NCBI RefSeq assembly: GCF_004010195.1
Contig: NC_057751.1
Location: 9,933,457-9,997,456, forward strand
Source: Chiloscyllium plagiosum
Lineage: Eukaryota
Direction of reading: 5' to 3'
Length of the DNA stretch: 64,000 nt
The notes under the pieces were generated by a model that made no database searches, had not been told where the DNA came from, and saw only the letters and a program-made list of their open reading frames with translations. Position numbers and translations under genes: made by a program. Of the stretch, positions 50,300 to 63,720 are shown piece after piece. Each line of letters begins with the position of its first letter. Within the stretch, counting starts at the first letter, position 1.

Positions 50300-53200
50300 G
50301 TTGAAGAGGGTGAAGACATGACTGCCAAGCTGATTCAGTGTGCTATGTGCATGATGTGGGAGGTCAAGGACTCTGGTGTATCTGGCTCATATAACTGGAA
50401 AGTATGCACACGTTCAGCTTCTGATAGAGCATATTGCAGCACTGATGAAAGAACTCGATGACCTCAGGCTCATCCGAGAGAACGAGATCTTTCTGGACAG
50501 GACTTTCAGCGAGGTTATTACACCAACCATACCAGAAGGGAGAAGACGATGAGGAAGGCAGAGAGAAGACAAGTGCAAGAGACCCCAGTGGATGTACCTG
50601 TCAGGAACAGGTTGAATTTTTTGGAAACAGTAGAGACAGGCGACACTGCCAGTCCGCGAGGCGGTCAGATCTGCCAATCAAAAGTTGGCATGGAGGCAGA
50701 GCTGAGGAGTCAGACATCACACAGAGCCGGGGTAATAGGGGACTCCATAGAGAGAGGAACTGAACGGGGTTTCTGTGGCAACAGGCGGGATTTGACGATG
50801 TTGTGTTGCCTTCCTGGTGCCAGGATTAAGGACATCGCAGACAGAATGCAGGAAATCCTCAAGGGCGAAGGTGAAGAGCCAGAGGTGGTGGTACATGTCG
50901 GTACAAATGATGTCAGGAAGAAGAGGAGGGACATTCTACAGCAGGACTCCAGAGAACTTGGAAGAAAGCTGAAAAGCAGGACATCCAGGGTGGTTATCTC
51001 CAGTTTGCTTCCAGTTCCTCGGGCTGGAGAGGCCAGGAACAGGGAGATAATGGACTTGAATGTGTGGCTGGGGAACTGGTGCAGGAAGCAAGGATTTAAA
51101 TTCTTGGATCACTGGGGTATGTTTTGCGGTTAGGATAAAATATACAAGAGGGACGGGTTGTACCTTAATAGGTGGGGGACTAGCATTCTGGCAGGCAGGT
51201 TTGCCATTGCAACACAGCTGCGTTAAAACTAAATGGGGGGGAGGGGACAAACTGGAAGTTTAAGAAGGAAATTGAAGGGAAAGTTCGAACAAGGGAAGTC
51301 AACAAAAGACAACTGTATCAATGAGGCAGAAAATTCAAAAAGGGATCATGCCATAAGGTTGAGTGAAATAGGGATTGAGAGGAAGGGTGAGGGCAGTAAC
51401 AAATTAAAAATATTATATATGAATGCACAAAGCATTAGAAATAAGATGGATGAGCTTGAGGCTCATTTGGAAATTGGCAGTTACGATGTTGTGAAGATAA
51501 CAGAGATGTGGCTTCAAGTGGATAGGGCCTGGGAAATGAGTATTCAAGGCTATACGTGCTATCGTAAGGACAGACTGACAGGCAGAGGGGGTGGGGTGGC
51601 CCTGTTGGTAAGGAATGATATTCAGTCCCTTGCGCGGGAGGACCTAGAATCAGGAGATGTAGAGTCAGTATGGATAGAGCTGAGAAATTCTCAGGGTAGA
51701 AGGACCCTCATGGGAGTTATCTACAGGCCCCCAAACAGTAGTCTGGATGTAGGGTGTAAGTTGAATAAGGAGCTGAAATTGGCCTGTCGCAAAGATATTA
51801 CTACAGTTGTTATGGGGGATTTCAACATGCAGGTAAACTGGAAGAATCAGGATGGTACTGGACCCCAAGAAAGGGAGTTTGTGGAGTGCCTCCTAGATGG
51901 ATTCTTAGAACAGCTGGTGTTGGAGCCTACCAGGGAGAAGGCAATTCTGGATCTGGTGTTGTGCAACAATCTGGATTTGATCAGGGACCTCGAAGTGAAG
52001 GAGCCATTAGGAGGTAGTAATGATAATACAATAAGCTTTAATCTGCAATTTGAAAGGGAGAGGGTCCAATTGGAAGTGACAATACTTCAGTTGACTAAAG
52101 GGAACTATGAAGCTATGAGGGAGGAGCTAGCCAAAGTTCAATGGTGCAAAACCCTAGCAGGGATGGCAGTGGAGCAACAATGGCAGGTATTTCTGGGTAT
52201 AATGCAGAAGATGCAGAATCAGTTCATTCCAAAAAGGAAGAAAGATCCTAAGAGGAGGCAGGGGTGGCCGTGGCTGACAAGGGAAGTTAAGAAACATATA
52301 AAGTCAAAAGAGAAAAAGTATAACATAGCAAAGATGAGTGGGAAAACGGAGGACTGGGAAGCTTTGAAAGAACAACAGAGGATACTAAGAAGGAAATACG
52401 CAGAGAAAAAATGAGGTACAAAGGTAAACTGGCCAAAAATATAAAGGAGGATAGTAAAAGCTTTTTTAGGTATGTGAAAGGAAAAATAAATGGTTAAGAC
52501 TAAAATTGGGCCCTTGAAGACAGAAACAGGTGAATATATTACGGGGAACAAAGAAATGGCAGAAGAGTTGGATTGGTACTTCAGATCTGTGTTTATGGGG
52601 GAAGACACAAGCTATCTCCCAGAGGTAATAGTGGCTGAAGGACCTGAACTGAAGGGAATTTATATTTGCCAGGAAATGGTTGTGGAGAGACTGTTAGGTC
52701 TGAAGGCTGATAAGTCCCCGGGACCTGATGGTCTGCATCCCAGGGTACTGAAGGAGGTGGCTCTAGAAATCGTGGATGCATTGGTGATCATTTTCCAATG
52801 TTCTGTAGATTCAAGATCAGTTCCTGCAGATTGAAGGGTGGCTAATGTTGTCCTACTTTTTAAGAAAGGAAGGAGAGAGAAAGCAGGGAATTATAGACCA
52901 GTTAGTCTGACCTCAGTGGTGGGAAAGATGCTGGAGTCAATTATAAAGGATGAAATTACGACACACCTGGATAGCAGTAACAGGATAGGTCAGAGTCAGC
53001 ATGGATTTATAAAGGAGAAATCATGCTTGACTAATCTTCTGGAAATTTTTGAGGATGTAACTCTGAAGATGGACAAGGGAGATCCAGTGGATGTAGTGTA
53101 CCTGGACTTTCAGAAAGCCTTTGATAAAGTCCACATAGGAGGTTAGTGAGCAAAATTAGGGTGCATAGTATTGGGGGAAAAATACTGACTTGGATTAAAA

Positions 53201-54026
53201 ATTGGTTGGCTGACAGGAAACAAAGAGTAGTGATAAACGGCTCCCTTTCGGAATGGCAGGCGGTGACCAGTGAGGTACCGCAGGGATCAGTGCTGGGACT
53301 GCAGCTTTTTACAATATACATTGATGATATAGATGATGGTATTAAAAGTAATATTAGCAAATTTGCTGATGATACAAAGCTGGGTGGCAGGGTGAAATAT
53401 GAGGAGGATGTTCGGAGATTACAGGGTGACCTGGACAGGCTAGGTGAGTGGACAGATGCATGGCAGATACAGTTTAATGTGGATAAATGTATGGTTATCC
53501 ACTTTGGTGGCAAGAACAGGAAGGCAGATTACTACCTCAATGGAATAAATTTAGGTAAAGGGGCAGTACAAAGAGATCTGGGTGTTCTTGTACACCAGTC
53601 AATGAAGGCAAGCATGCAGGTCGTGAAGAAAGCTAATAGCATGCTGGCCTTCATAACAGATTATTAAAGGATTGGACACTCTGGAGGCAGGAAACATGTT
53701 TCCGCTGATGGGTGAGTCCCGAACCAGAGGACACAGATTAAAAATAAGGGGTAGGCCATTTAGAACAGAGTTGAGGAGAAACTTCTTCACCCAGAGAGTG
53801 GTGGGTGTGTGGAATGCTCTGCCCCAGAAGGCTGTGGAGGCCAAGTCTCTTGATACTTTCAAGAAAGCATTGGATAGAGCTCTTAAGGATAGTGGAATCA
53901 AGGGTTATGGGAATAAGGCAGGAACAGGATACTGATTGAGGATGGTCAACCATGATCATAATGAATGGTGGTGCTGGCTTGAAGGGCAGAATGGCCTACT
54001 CCTACTCCTGCACCTATTGTCTATTG
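50300..54026 (+). mobile_element. Near full-length, inactivated CR1-clade LINE
   Basis: ORF1 from ATG 50318 has a CxxC zinc-finger/zipper remnant and an SGNH esterase (VIGDS, CLPGA, VHVGTND). ORF2 has an APE endonuclease (YMNAQSI, VVMGDFN, ILDLVL) and RT (YRPVSLTS, QHGF, YLDFQKAFDKV, PQGSVLG, FADD at 53362-53373). Several stops and frameshifts, an internal deletion at about 53658, and a (ctattgt) tail. Confidence 0.95.
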
Positions 54027-54593
54027 TTTATAATTTCTTTTCTGCATTATTAAAAGCCACAGGAATGGCTATAACCTGTAAGGGCTATTTATTGTGGAAT
54101 ATTTTAATTTGATAATAAAAAATACCTGGATGTAAAATCCATGAACAAATGACACATCAGCATGTCAGTTTCAATTGTTATCTCATGTACACTTGACCGA
54201 TTGTATCTGTCATTTTATGTGAAACATACCCAGTCATAGTTCTTATCTGTGATACATAATATATAACATAGAATATCTTGCAACTTCTGGATACACCTTC
54301 AGTCAGGATGTGCCTGTAAAATCTGACAACAGCTAATGTCCATCTCTTCATATATTCAGTTTTTGCTGTTGATATGATTCATTCCCAGTAGCTGTTAGTG
54401 TGTGATGCCCAGTCACTGTGCTTGATGTATTAAATCACACCTGTCACTGCATATGATTGTATCCATTTATTACTACTAGATAGTGATTATGTGCCCAATC
54501 ACATATATGTCAGTACGTTACACATTTTTAGTTCTATCTTATTCTTTTGTCCTCACTGCCAAGTCACATGTTTTGAATTCCTGAGAGACATAC

Positions 54594-54678
54594 CCAATCA
54601 TAATATCCATCTGTGTACGTCATCCAGGTACGGCTGTCGTTGCTGAATTGCACATAGAATGAACTCACCCAGTCATTG
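54594..54678 (-). CDS. AEBP1: AEBP1 coding exon (discoidin domain)
   Basis: ttgacag acceptor; (H)NDWVSSFYVQFSNDSRTWMTYTDGYYDW; donor gtatgt; 85 nt. Confidence 0.94.
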
Positions 54679-54870
54679 CTGTCAAAAAAAAGAGTTTCAG
54701 TTGTTAGTTCCAAAGAGCTTTTAGAGATCACTGGCTTTCAATTCTTTACTGCAGAGTGATAGCATGAATTTAGTTCAGTTGTGATTTGACTGTCAGGTAC
54801 TTTTAAAGAACAGTCAGATAGCATAATGTTGGGTTACATCTGTTAAATTAATAAACTAGATTGCTCAGGA

Positions 54871-55610
54871 AATAGACAATAGTCAATAGGTGCAGGAGTA
54901 GGCCATTCTGCCCTTCGAGCCAGCACCACCATTCATTATGATCATGGCTGATCATCCTCAATCAGTATCCTGTTCCTGCCTTAACCCATAACCCTTGATT
55001 CCACTATCCTTAAGAGCTCTATCCAACTCTTTCTTGAAAGTATCAAGAGACTTGGCCTCCACAGCCTTCTGGGGCAGAGCATTCCACACACCCACCACTC
55101 TCTGGGTGAAGAAGTTTCTCCTCAACTCTGTTCTAAATGGCCTACCCCTTATTTTTAATCTATGTCCTCTGGTTCGGGACTCACCCATCAGCAGAAACAT
55201 GCTTCCTGCCTCCAGAGTGTCCAATCCTTTAATAATCTTATACGTCTCAATCAGATCCCCTCTCAGCCTTCTAAACTCAAGGGTATCCAAGCCCAGTCGC
55301 TCCAATCTTTCAACGTAAGATAGTCCCGCCATTCCGGGAATTGACCTCATGAACCTACGCTGCACTCCTCAATAGCCAGAATGTCTTTCCTCAAATTTGG
55401 AGACCAAAACCACACACAATATTCCAGGTACGATCTCAAGAGGGCCCGGTACAGCTGCAGAAGAACCTCTTTGCTTCTATACTCAATTCCTCTTGATATG
55501 AAGACCAGCATGCTATTAGCTTTCTTCACTGCCTGCTGTGCCTGCATGCTTGCTTTCATTGACTGATGTACAAGAACACCTAGATGTCGTTGTACTGCCC
55601 CTTTACCTAA
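54871..55610 (-). mobile_element. 5'-truncated CR1 LINE, same young subfamily as 50300-54026
   Basis: The reverse complement is nearly identical to 53551-54026 and also retains about 255 nt deleted from that copy. Same ctattg tail. Confidence 0.95.
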
Positions 55611-57600
55611 CTTGCAAAAGATGCAACAGCAGAGCATTTAGAAAGGTTAAAACCACAAGAAATAATATAACTGTAAAGATTATGAGTTAACAAGGAATTG
55701 AGAATTAGGATTTTAGAAGGCTGAACATTGTAAGGAGAGAGAAATTAAAGATTGAAAACATTGACGTCCTGGTGAAAGAAGAAGTTCAGGAGGTATTCTG
55801 ACAAATTTTGCTTTGGGAATTTCAGAAAGGGGAAGACTCTGTAGGACGAGTAGATATGCATGTTTAGAGCTTACCAACAACAGAAAATTTGAGAATCTTA
55901 ACAGTAACTGTTTTGATGAGATTCATAAAATATAAAGTGATTAGAAAAAGTATGTTGAGGCAAGAGACGAATTGGAAGCTGCAGGTTAAAAAATAAATAT
56001 CTGCTCTCTGACAAAGCATTTTTGTGGCAGCATTTTTAGACAAGTGTCAAGAAGCTCTTCAAGTACAGGAGCATTTGACAATCAGCTACAGAGACAGTGG
56101 ACACTCTGGAAATAATCTTCCAAGACTCCTTTATTCTTGAAATGTTCCACCCATTGCAAAACTACCAATGTAACACCTTCACTCAAAAGGTAGGAGTCAG
56201 AAAAAAAAAATTATTGCAGGCTAATTAGCAGAACATCTGTCACTGGAAAAGGCAAAAGATGCAACAGCAGAGCATTTAGAAACATACTCTAATAAAGCAA
56301 AGTCAGCATGGCTTCATGAAGGAGAAATCATGCCTGACAAATTTAATACAGTTTCTTTGAGGAGGGAACAAGCAGGATTGATAAACGGGTATTTGATAAA
56401 GTACCACACATTAGGTTACTGAATAATATGACTGTACTCCTTATGACTGGGCAGCCAAATTCAGTTCTACCTCCATTTAGAAGTTTGCTGATGACACCAC
56501 CATCGTGGGTTGGATCACAAAGAATAACGAGAAAGAGAGTTGAGTGCCATGATGGAAAGACAACAGTCTCTCCCTCAATGTCAGCAAAATGAAGGAGCTG
56601 ATCACCGACTTCAGAAATTGGACTCACTTCCACCCTCTTCCATCGTGCAGAAGATACAAGTTTGAAAACACATACCAACATATTCAAGAACAGCTACTTG
56701 CCCACTGTTGTCAGACTTACAAACGGACCTGTCACATATGAGAGTTGATCTTTCTCTGCACCTTCTTGTAGTTATAACACTACATTCTGCATTCTATTTG
56801 ATTACCCTGATGTTCTTAAGGTACAATTTGTTTGATTAGCACACAAAACTATACTTTTCACTGTATCGTGATAATAAATCAAATCAAAGATCCCATCGTC
56901 TTCAGAGTATTCAGTTAACATGGATAGAAGCTTGGCTAACAAACAGAAGACAAAGAACCAATGAAAAGGGACACATTTTTCAGGATGGCAACCTGTAACT
57001 CATGGAAGGCCACTGGGATTGGTTATTTACAGTATATTAAAAATTTGGATAACAAGTGATTGGACGATCACCAAATTTGCAGATGACACAAAAATGGCGG
57101 GGGAGGGCAAGTCATAAGGCTGCAGAGGAATATAGACAGGTTAAGTGAATGAGCAAAAACTTTGCTAGACGGAATGTAATTTGGGCAGCCAGGGGTTGGT
57201 TTGTTTAATTGACAGGACGGTTGGTTGCAATGTAGAGGAACACCAACAGCATGGGTTAAATTTTCATACCGGCCGAGGTTACCTCAGTACTTTCTTCTTC
57301 TAGAAGGACTTTCCTTTTCAACCTCTCCCCTCAACTGAGGTGTGGTGACCATCAGGTTAAATCACCATCAGTTGTCTTTCTTTGATGAGAGAGCAACCCA
57401 ATGAACTTCTGGGACTTTGGTGGTGTCACCTTCGCCAATTTGGGAAAATGTGATGTTGTGCACTGTGGCCGAAAGAGTAGCCCAGGTGAATATTATTCAA
57501 ATAGGTGAAAGACTGCACAAGACGGTAGTACAGTCTCCATTACATCTTTCCTTCTCTGTGGAGATTGTATTCCTAAGAAATGTGATCCCAAATACCTTTA

Positions 57601-57861
<261 letters not shown>

Positions 57862-59629
57862 TCATGGAGAATGAGGAAGACTTGACATTTCAGCAAAAAA
57901 GGGTGAAGAAACTCAAGGAAGGAAAAACAGAATACGAACAGACCAGCAAGGCAAACAAAAATCACAAAAGAACTTTCTATTGGCATATAAATGGGAAGAG
58001 ATGATAAAAATAAGAATGGCTTATTTGAGGCAGAGACAGGTAAAATTATAATGGAGAATAAAGAAGTAGCAGTGTCATTCGATACTTTGCATCTGTCTTC
58101 TTTGTGAGATCAAATCAGATTCTGGACATTTGCTCTGCCTCTTTTCTATCATGGGGCGCATGAGACATTTTTAAAACAGATTTCCAAAAATGGCTTATCA
58201 GACACAATCTTCTCACTTATCCCCAAATGATGCAGAGTATAAATTCACAAAGTTAGACTTCTGCTTGACATTAAAAGCAAATGTTTGCAAAAGTCAAAAG
58301 CTGTTCGTGAGGTTTGTTCATTTAAAGATATATTACTTTCTGCAGTATTCAGCCTGCCCACAAAAGGTCAGTTTGACTTGAAAATTGACAACACATTCAT
58401 CTGATTCATAATTAGCAGCACAAAAATCATTGAGATAGTTCTGATATTCTGCAGAGTACAGCTGATAAAGGTGATAGTGCAACTCGGAAAAGCCATTCTT
58501 TGAGCCGCTACAATCAGGGGAGTGGGAATTATTTCCACTGTGCTATATCAATGTTATGGGTTAATGTAATAGTGAACATAATAGGTTAGACAGATGCTTT
58601 AGGTCTCGGGTGAAATGGTTGGAAGAGCAAACTTTTGTCACATCTTAATTGACCAGAAATTGGCAGGAAAAATGACAGTTCAGTTTTGTCTTCTATGGCC
58701 ACAGTACAAACGGGGTTTCTATTCATGTTACTCTCAAGGTTGCAACTTGGAACAAGACTCATGTGCTTTTATTTAGCTCTTTGTGACAAGTGTTTTGCTG
58801 TTGACATGCATCAAGCTGGCTTGAATATAAAGATATCAGAATACCCAGCCCTGTTACTCTTTATTTTGCCTCAAGTTCTGTCTTTGTGGAGGATTGATCA
58901 ATTATTATTTAAACCAAGTCTCCAACATACTTTACTTTTGCATAAGAGGAGCAGGAATGGGCCACTCAGTCTTTCCAGCCTGCTCCACCAATCAATATGT
59001 TCATGGTTCATCTAATTGTGACCTGGATTCCACTCTCCTGCCTATCTCCAACCTCCATATGCATGCATTCCCTTTGAATCCCATGTCAATCAAAAATCTG
59101 TCCAACTTAGTATTGAATATCAATGTAAAGTTAATATGGGCAGACCTGACGCAAACCCTTGAAGAAAAATCTTTCCTCTACTATTTCAGTAATTTTCCTT
59201 GATTACTGTCCTTTGAATAATATGGTTGTCTGCTGAAATATATTCGTAAAAAAAGTATTCAGACATTCAAGTTATTGTTCAAAAAAGCTTTGTGATATTG
59301 GATTGGACTTATGTACCCAATGTACTGGGAATGATTTTTCCAGCAGTGGGTGAGAAAACTCATAATGATTGCGTGGGCTTGCAAGAGGCCAGCAGGGAGG
59401 TACAGTTCTCTTCTGATAGGAGGAAGAAGCCTGCTAATGTCAAGCAGTGAGAGCTAGAGGAAGCAGAACAACAAGACTTGGGTACTGAACTCATGGATTC
59501 AATGCCAAAAGCAGTTAAAAGAGCTAAGCAGGACAGTAATGTTGAGCACTTTTGGACAAGGGCAAGCCCTTCTTGAATAATGTCACAACATTCGCTACCC
59601 TCCAGTATTCCATGCCCTCACTCGTGGCT

Positions 59630-61650
59630 AACAGTGATGCAAAAATATCAGCCAGGCCCCTGCAATTGCTTCTCTAGCCTTTTGCACTGCTCTTGGATAT
59701 ATCTGGTCAGGACCAGGAGATTTATCCACATGTATACATTCTAATACATCCAACACCTCCTCCACTGTCCCCAAGACTTCACCACTAATTTCTGCAAGTT
59801 CCCAAGTTTTCATGTCTTTCGCCATGGTAAACACAGAGGATAAATATTCATTGAGAACCTCGCCCATCTTTTGCATTTCTACACATACATGTCCACTTCG
59901 GTCCTTGAGGGGGCCTATTCTACACTCTAGTTATTCTTTTTCCTTTAATATACTTAAAGTACTGTTTTGGATTCACCCTAATCTTCTCAGCCAAGGCTAT
60001 CTTGTGCCCCCTTATCACCCTACCGATTTCCTTCTTTAGTAGACTCCTGTATTCCCTGGACATCTCCATGGATTCCCTTAATCCCAGCTGCCTGTTACTG
60101 AGCCATGCCTCCTTTCTTCTGGTCAAAGCCTCAATAGTCTTGGGATGGCTTTCTGCATCAATCCATTGAGGAACAAATTGCAGAATAGAACAGGGTAGAG
60201 TGGGTAATGTGTAATGAGAAAGGAATAATTGGCAATCTAGCGATGCGAGGCCCTTTGGGAAAGAGTCCAGACAAGATGATAAAATCTTGGTGAACAGAGA
60301 GAGTGACGTGGTTGATTCTGAGACTAAAGTCATGAATCTCAATAAAATGAACTATGATGGTATGAGGCATGAGCTGACTATGATAAATCGGGGGTCTTAC
60401 TGAACCAGATTATAGTTGCTTAGCAATAACAACACTTAAAGGATGCATAGAGGAACTGCAACAATTATTTATTCCTATCTGGCACAAAATTAAAAAATGA
60501 AAGATGGCCCAGCCATGGCTACACCCATAAGGACCGTGTTAGATCTAAGGCAAAGGCATATAAATTGGCCAAACTCAACTATGGATCTGGTGTTTGGGAG
60601 CATTTTAGATATCAGCAAAGGAAGACAAAGGGATTGACGAAGAGGGAGAAAATTGATTTTATAAGTAAGCTTGCAGGAATGTACAAATTGATTGTAAAAG
60701 CTTCTATTGGTATTTGAAGAGAAAAATATGAATGAAGACAAATGTAGTTCACTTAAAGTCAGAAACAGGAAGCTATTGTGCAGACCAAATAATAACATAT
60801 TTTGGCTATAGCTTCACAAAGGAAGACCAAATAATGTTTCAAATCTGTTGGGAAACACAGGGTCCAGTGAGAGGAAGGAACAGAAGGAACTCAGTATTTG
60901 TTGGAAAATGGTGTTAGGAAATTGATCAGAGTTTAAGGACCAAAAACAGGGAAGGTAGATTATCTGAATGGTGATTGATTGGAAAAGGCGGAGAGTCAAC
61001 AAGACCTGGTTATTTTGTACACCAGTCACTGAAAGTAAGCATGCAGGTGTAGCAAATGATGAAAGGGGCAAATGGTATGTTGGCCTTCATAGGCGACAGG
61101 ATTCGGGTACAGGAGCAGGAATATCTCACTGCAATTTTATCGGGCTTTGGTGGGAACTCACCTGGAATATTATGTGCAGTTTTAGTTTCCTTATCTGAGG
61201 AAGGATGTTCTTGCTATAGGGAGAATGTAATAAAGATTTATCAGATTGATTTATGACGAGAGACTGACTATATTCGATGCAGTGTAGGAGAATAAAGAGG
61301 AGTCTCAGCGGAACCGAGCAACTTCTAACAATACTTGACAGTGTAAATGCAGGAAGGATGTTCTGATGACTGTGGAGTCCAGAAGGATATATGGTAGGCC
61401 ATTTATGACTGAGTTGAGGAGAAATCCTTTCACCAAGAAAATGGTGAGCTTGTGGAATTTTCTGCCATAGAAAGTAATTGAGTAAACACACCAAGTTTTC
61501 AAGAAAGAGTTCAATATAGTTCTTGGGCTAAAGGGTATAAGGAGAACAAATAAAAAGGTTCAGAGTTGGATATTCAGCAATGATCATCTTGAATGACAGG
61601 ACCAGGACCAAAGGGTCAAATCACCTACTTCTGCTCCTATTTTCCAAATT
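59630..61650. mobile_element. Old CR1 fragments (about 59630-60160 on -, about 60165-61650 on +)
   Basis: MGEVLNEYLSSVFT...DKSPGPDQIYPR on the minus strand, and degenerate sequence colinear with 51900-54000 on the plus strand. Confidence 0.7.
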
Positions 61651-61704
61651 TCAATGGCTTATTGGTAGCAGGAAAGTATGGTTAAGCTTTGCAAAGGTTG
61701 GCAG

Positions 61705-62461
61705 TATGAAGAAGATGTGAGTGTACTGCACCTTTAAGAGAGTTGAAAGCAACAGAAGTACCTGAAAAAGCACCAAGTGTTCTGAAACAAGATATACAGG
61801 GGAACCTTGATTATCCGAATACCAATTATCCGAAAATTGGATTATCTGAAGGAGATCTCGAGGTCCCGAGGGAAACATTACAACAAAGACATGTTTCCAA
61901 CAGTAATTAAACAGGCATCGTCTCCAAATGACTGACCTCTCTCTCGCTCTCTCCTCACACACTTTCCCTGGAGTTCTGCACAGGTGTGTACCCTAAACCC
62001 CCTGTCCCCACATAATCTCTCCAACATTGTATAAGACCAGGGAAAATTGAACAGTTGGGAGGAGAACTGCCAAGCCACCAGCATGTAAAAAGACTGCCTG
62101 AAAAATAGCTCTCTTAAAGTGCCTTTATCGATCAGTAACCTGTGAAGCAGAATCCCCAAAAAGAAGAAAAGAAGACAGGAATACAGAGAAAACTGAAAGC
62201 TGCCTGGTTTTGAGATAATAAGTTTTGTTTTGTATATCTTAATCGAGTTTTATTGGTCTAGTATTATAGAAGGAAAGGAAAAAGATAGGTTAGAGGAAGG
62301 AATTGTAAATAGTTGTTAGTTAATTATTCCCTGCCATATTTTAAGAAATTTGTTAATTTTTGCTTTAACTAGTTCTTAGCCTATTCAATTTTCACAGATT
62401 GCTGCACTTTTCTGTGTTACTGGTTTAAGTTAAGCAGAAATGTTTACCCCATGTCATAACA
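61705..62461 (+). mobile_element. Probable solo LTR with a nested MITE-like insertion
   Basis: Ends TCATAACA and starts TATGAAG (decayed TG). Flanks gcag / gcgg resemble a 4-bp TSD with one mismatch. ttatccgaa-repeat terminus from about 61796. Confidence 0.45.
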
Positions 62462-63394
62462 GCGGTGAAAGTGTGATTCAAGAGCTGATGCTGAGCAATT
62501 GGGATGCTTGGTTGTTTGGAGAAATGACTTTTGCTTATGGGTCAGATGGATGGACCTCTGGAATCTCGATGAACCTCAGAACAGTGAGGATACCTCAGGC
62601 AGTGTGTGTATCTGATGCTCGTTAGCTAGAATACATTTCCTCCTCTGAATTGGCTCTAAGTCTGTCCATTAAATCTACTATAGCAAAGTATTTCTGAAGC
62701 TCTAACTGGAAAGGAAGTGTTGTTACTGGATTAAAACTGTGCCAGGTTTAAAAATATTTCTTTCTAGAATACAGATGAATAAGCTTACAGTTGGTGGAAG
62801 ATGGGTTAATGATGGTGTAATCTGTGTTTAGAAGACAAAAACAAAATTCACTTCCTTATGCAAACAGTTTTCTGTTTTGGATTTATCACCTCTAGACTCA
62901 CTGCTGTCATTGTCCTAAACTTATAATAAATGGAGGTTCCATGAAACACAACAGCAGCTTTTGGAACACTGATGTTAACAGGCATACATTTATGGCAAAT
63001 ATAGCTCAGGGATTCACATTCTCAACTCTCAGTCTCAACATATGAGTTGAAATGGCATTCCAGAGAATTGAGCACAAAAACTGAGGCCAACACTGCAGTA
63101 TTGTGCTGTCAGAAATGCTATTTTTCAGAGGAAGCTTTAAATTGTGGTCTCTTTTCCCCAGTAATGAAAATATACTAGATCCCAGGCGCTATTTTAAAGA
63201 TAATTGGGGCAGGGAAGGCTTATCCCCAGTATTCAGACTGGCAAATCTGTTTGGGATAGAGTGAAAGGGAGAATTCTGGTGAAACTATCAGAACAGGGCA
63301 GGGGATTGGGAGGGCAGGGCTGTGACTGGGAGTGGGGCCTTACCAGTTCTGCCTAATGGCAACCAGACTTTCAGGTCAGCCGCAAAATCTTTTT

Positions 63395-63720
63395 AAAATT
63401 TATTCACTTACGGGACATGGATATCTCTGGGTAGGCCAGCATTTATTGCCATCGCTAATCGCCCAGAGGGTATTTAATAGTCAACTACGTTTTTGTGGGT
63501 CTGGAATTACATGTAGGCCAGACAAGGTAAGGATGGCAGATTTCCTTCCCTAAAAGGCATTACTGAACCAGACAGGTCATTAAACTTTTAATTCCTGATT
63601 CTTTATTGAATTCAAATTAAGCTATTTGTCATAGCAGGATTTAAACCCTGCTCCTCAGAATTTTAATTGAGTTTCTGTATTAATAGTCTGTCTATAATAC
63701 CACTAGGCCATTGCTTCCCA
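63395..63720 (-). mobile_element. SINE resembling shark SacSINE1 / Deu-domain type
   Basis: Minus strand has a tRNA-like head (gggtttaaatcctg), core gggaaggaaatctgccatccttaccttgtctggcctacatg and a LINE-like tail aataaatgctggcc. Related fragments at about 9130-9290, 24680-24880 and 47620-47780. Family name is from recall. Confidence 0.6.

Noticed and set aside
50318..53935. Possibly active autonomous CR1
   Set aside because: Both ORFs carry stops and frameshifts, and about 255 nt of the ORF2 C-terminal region is deleted.
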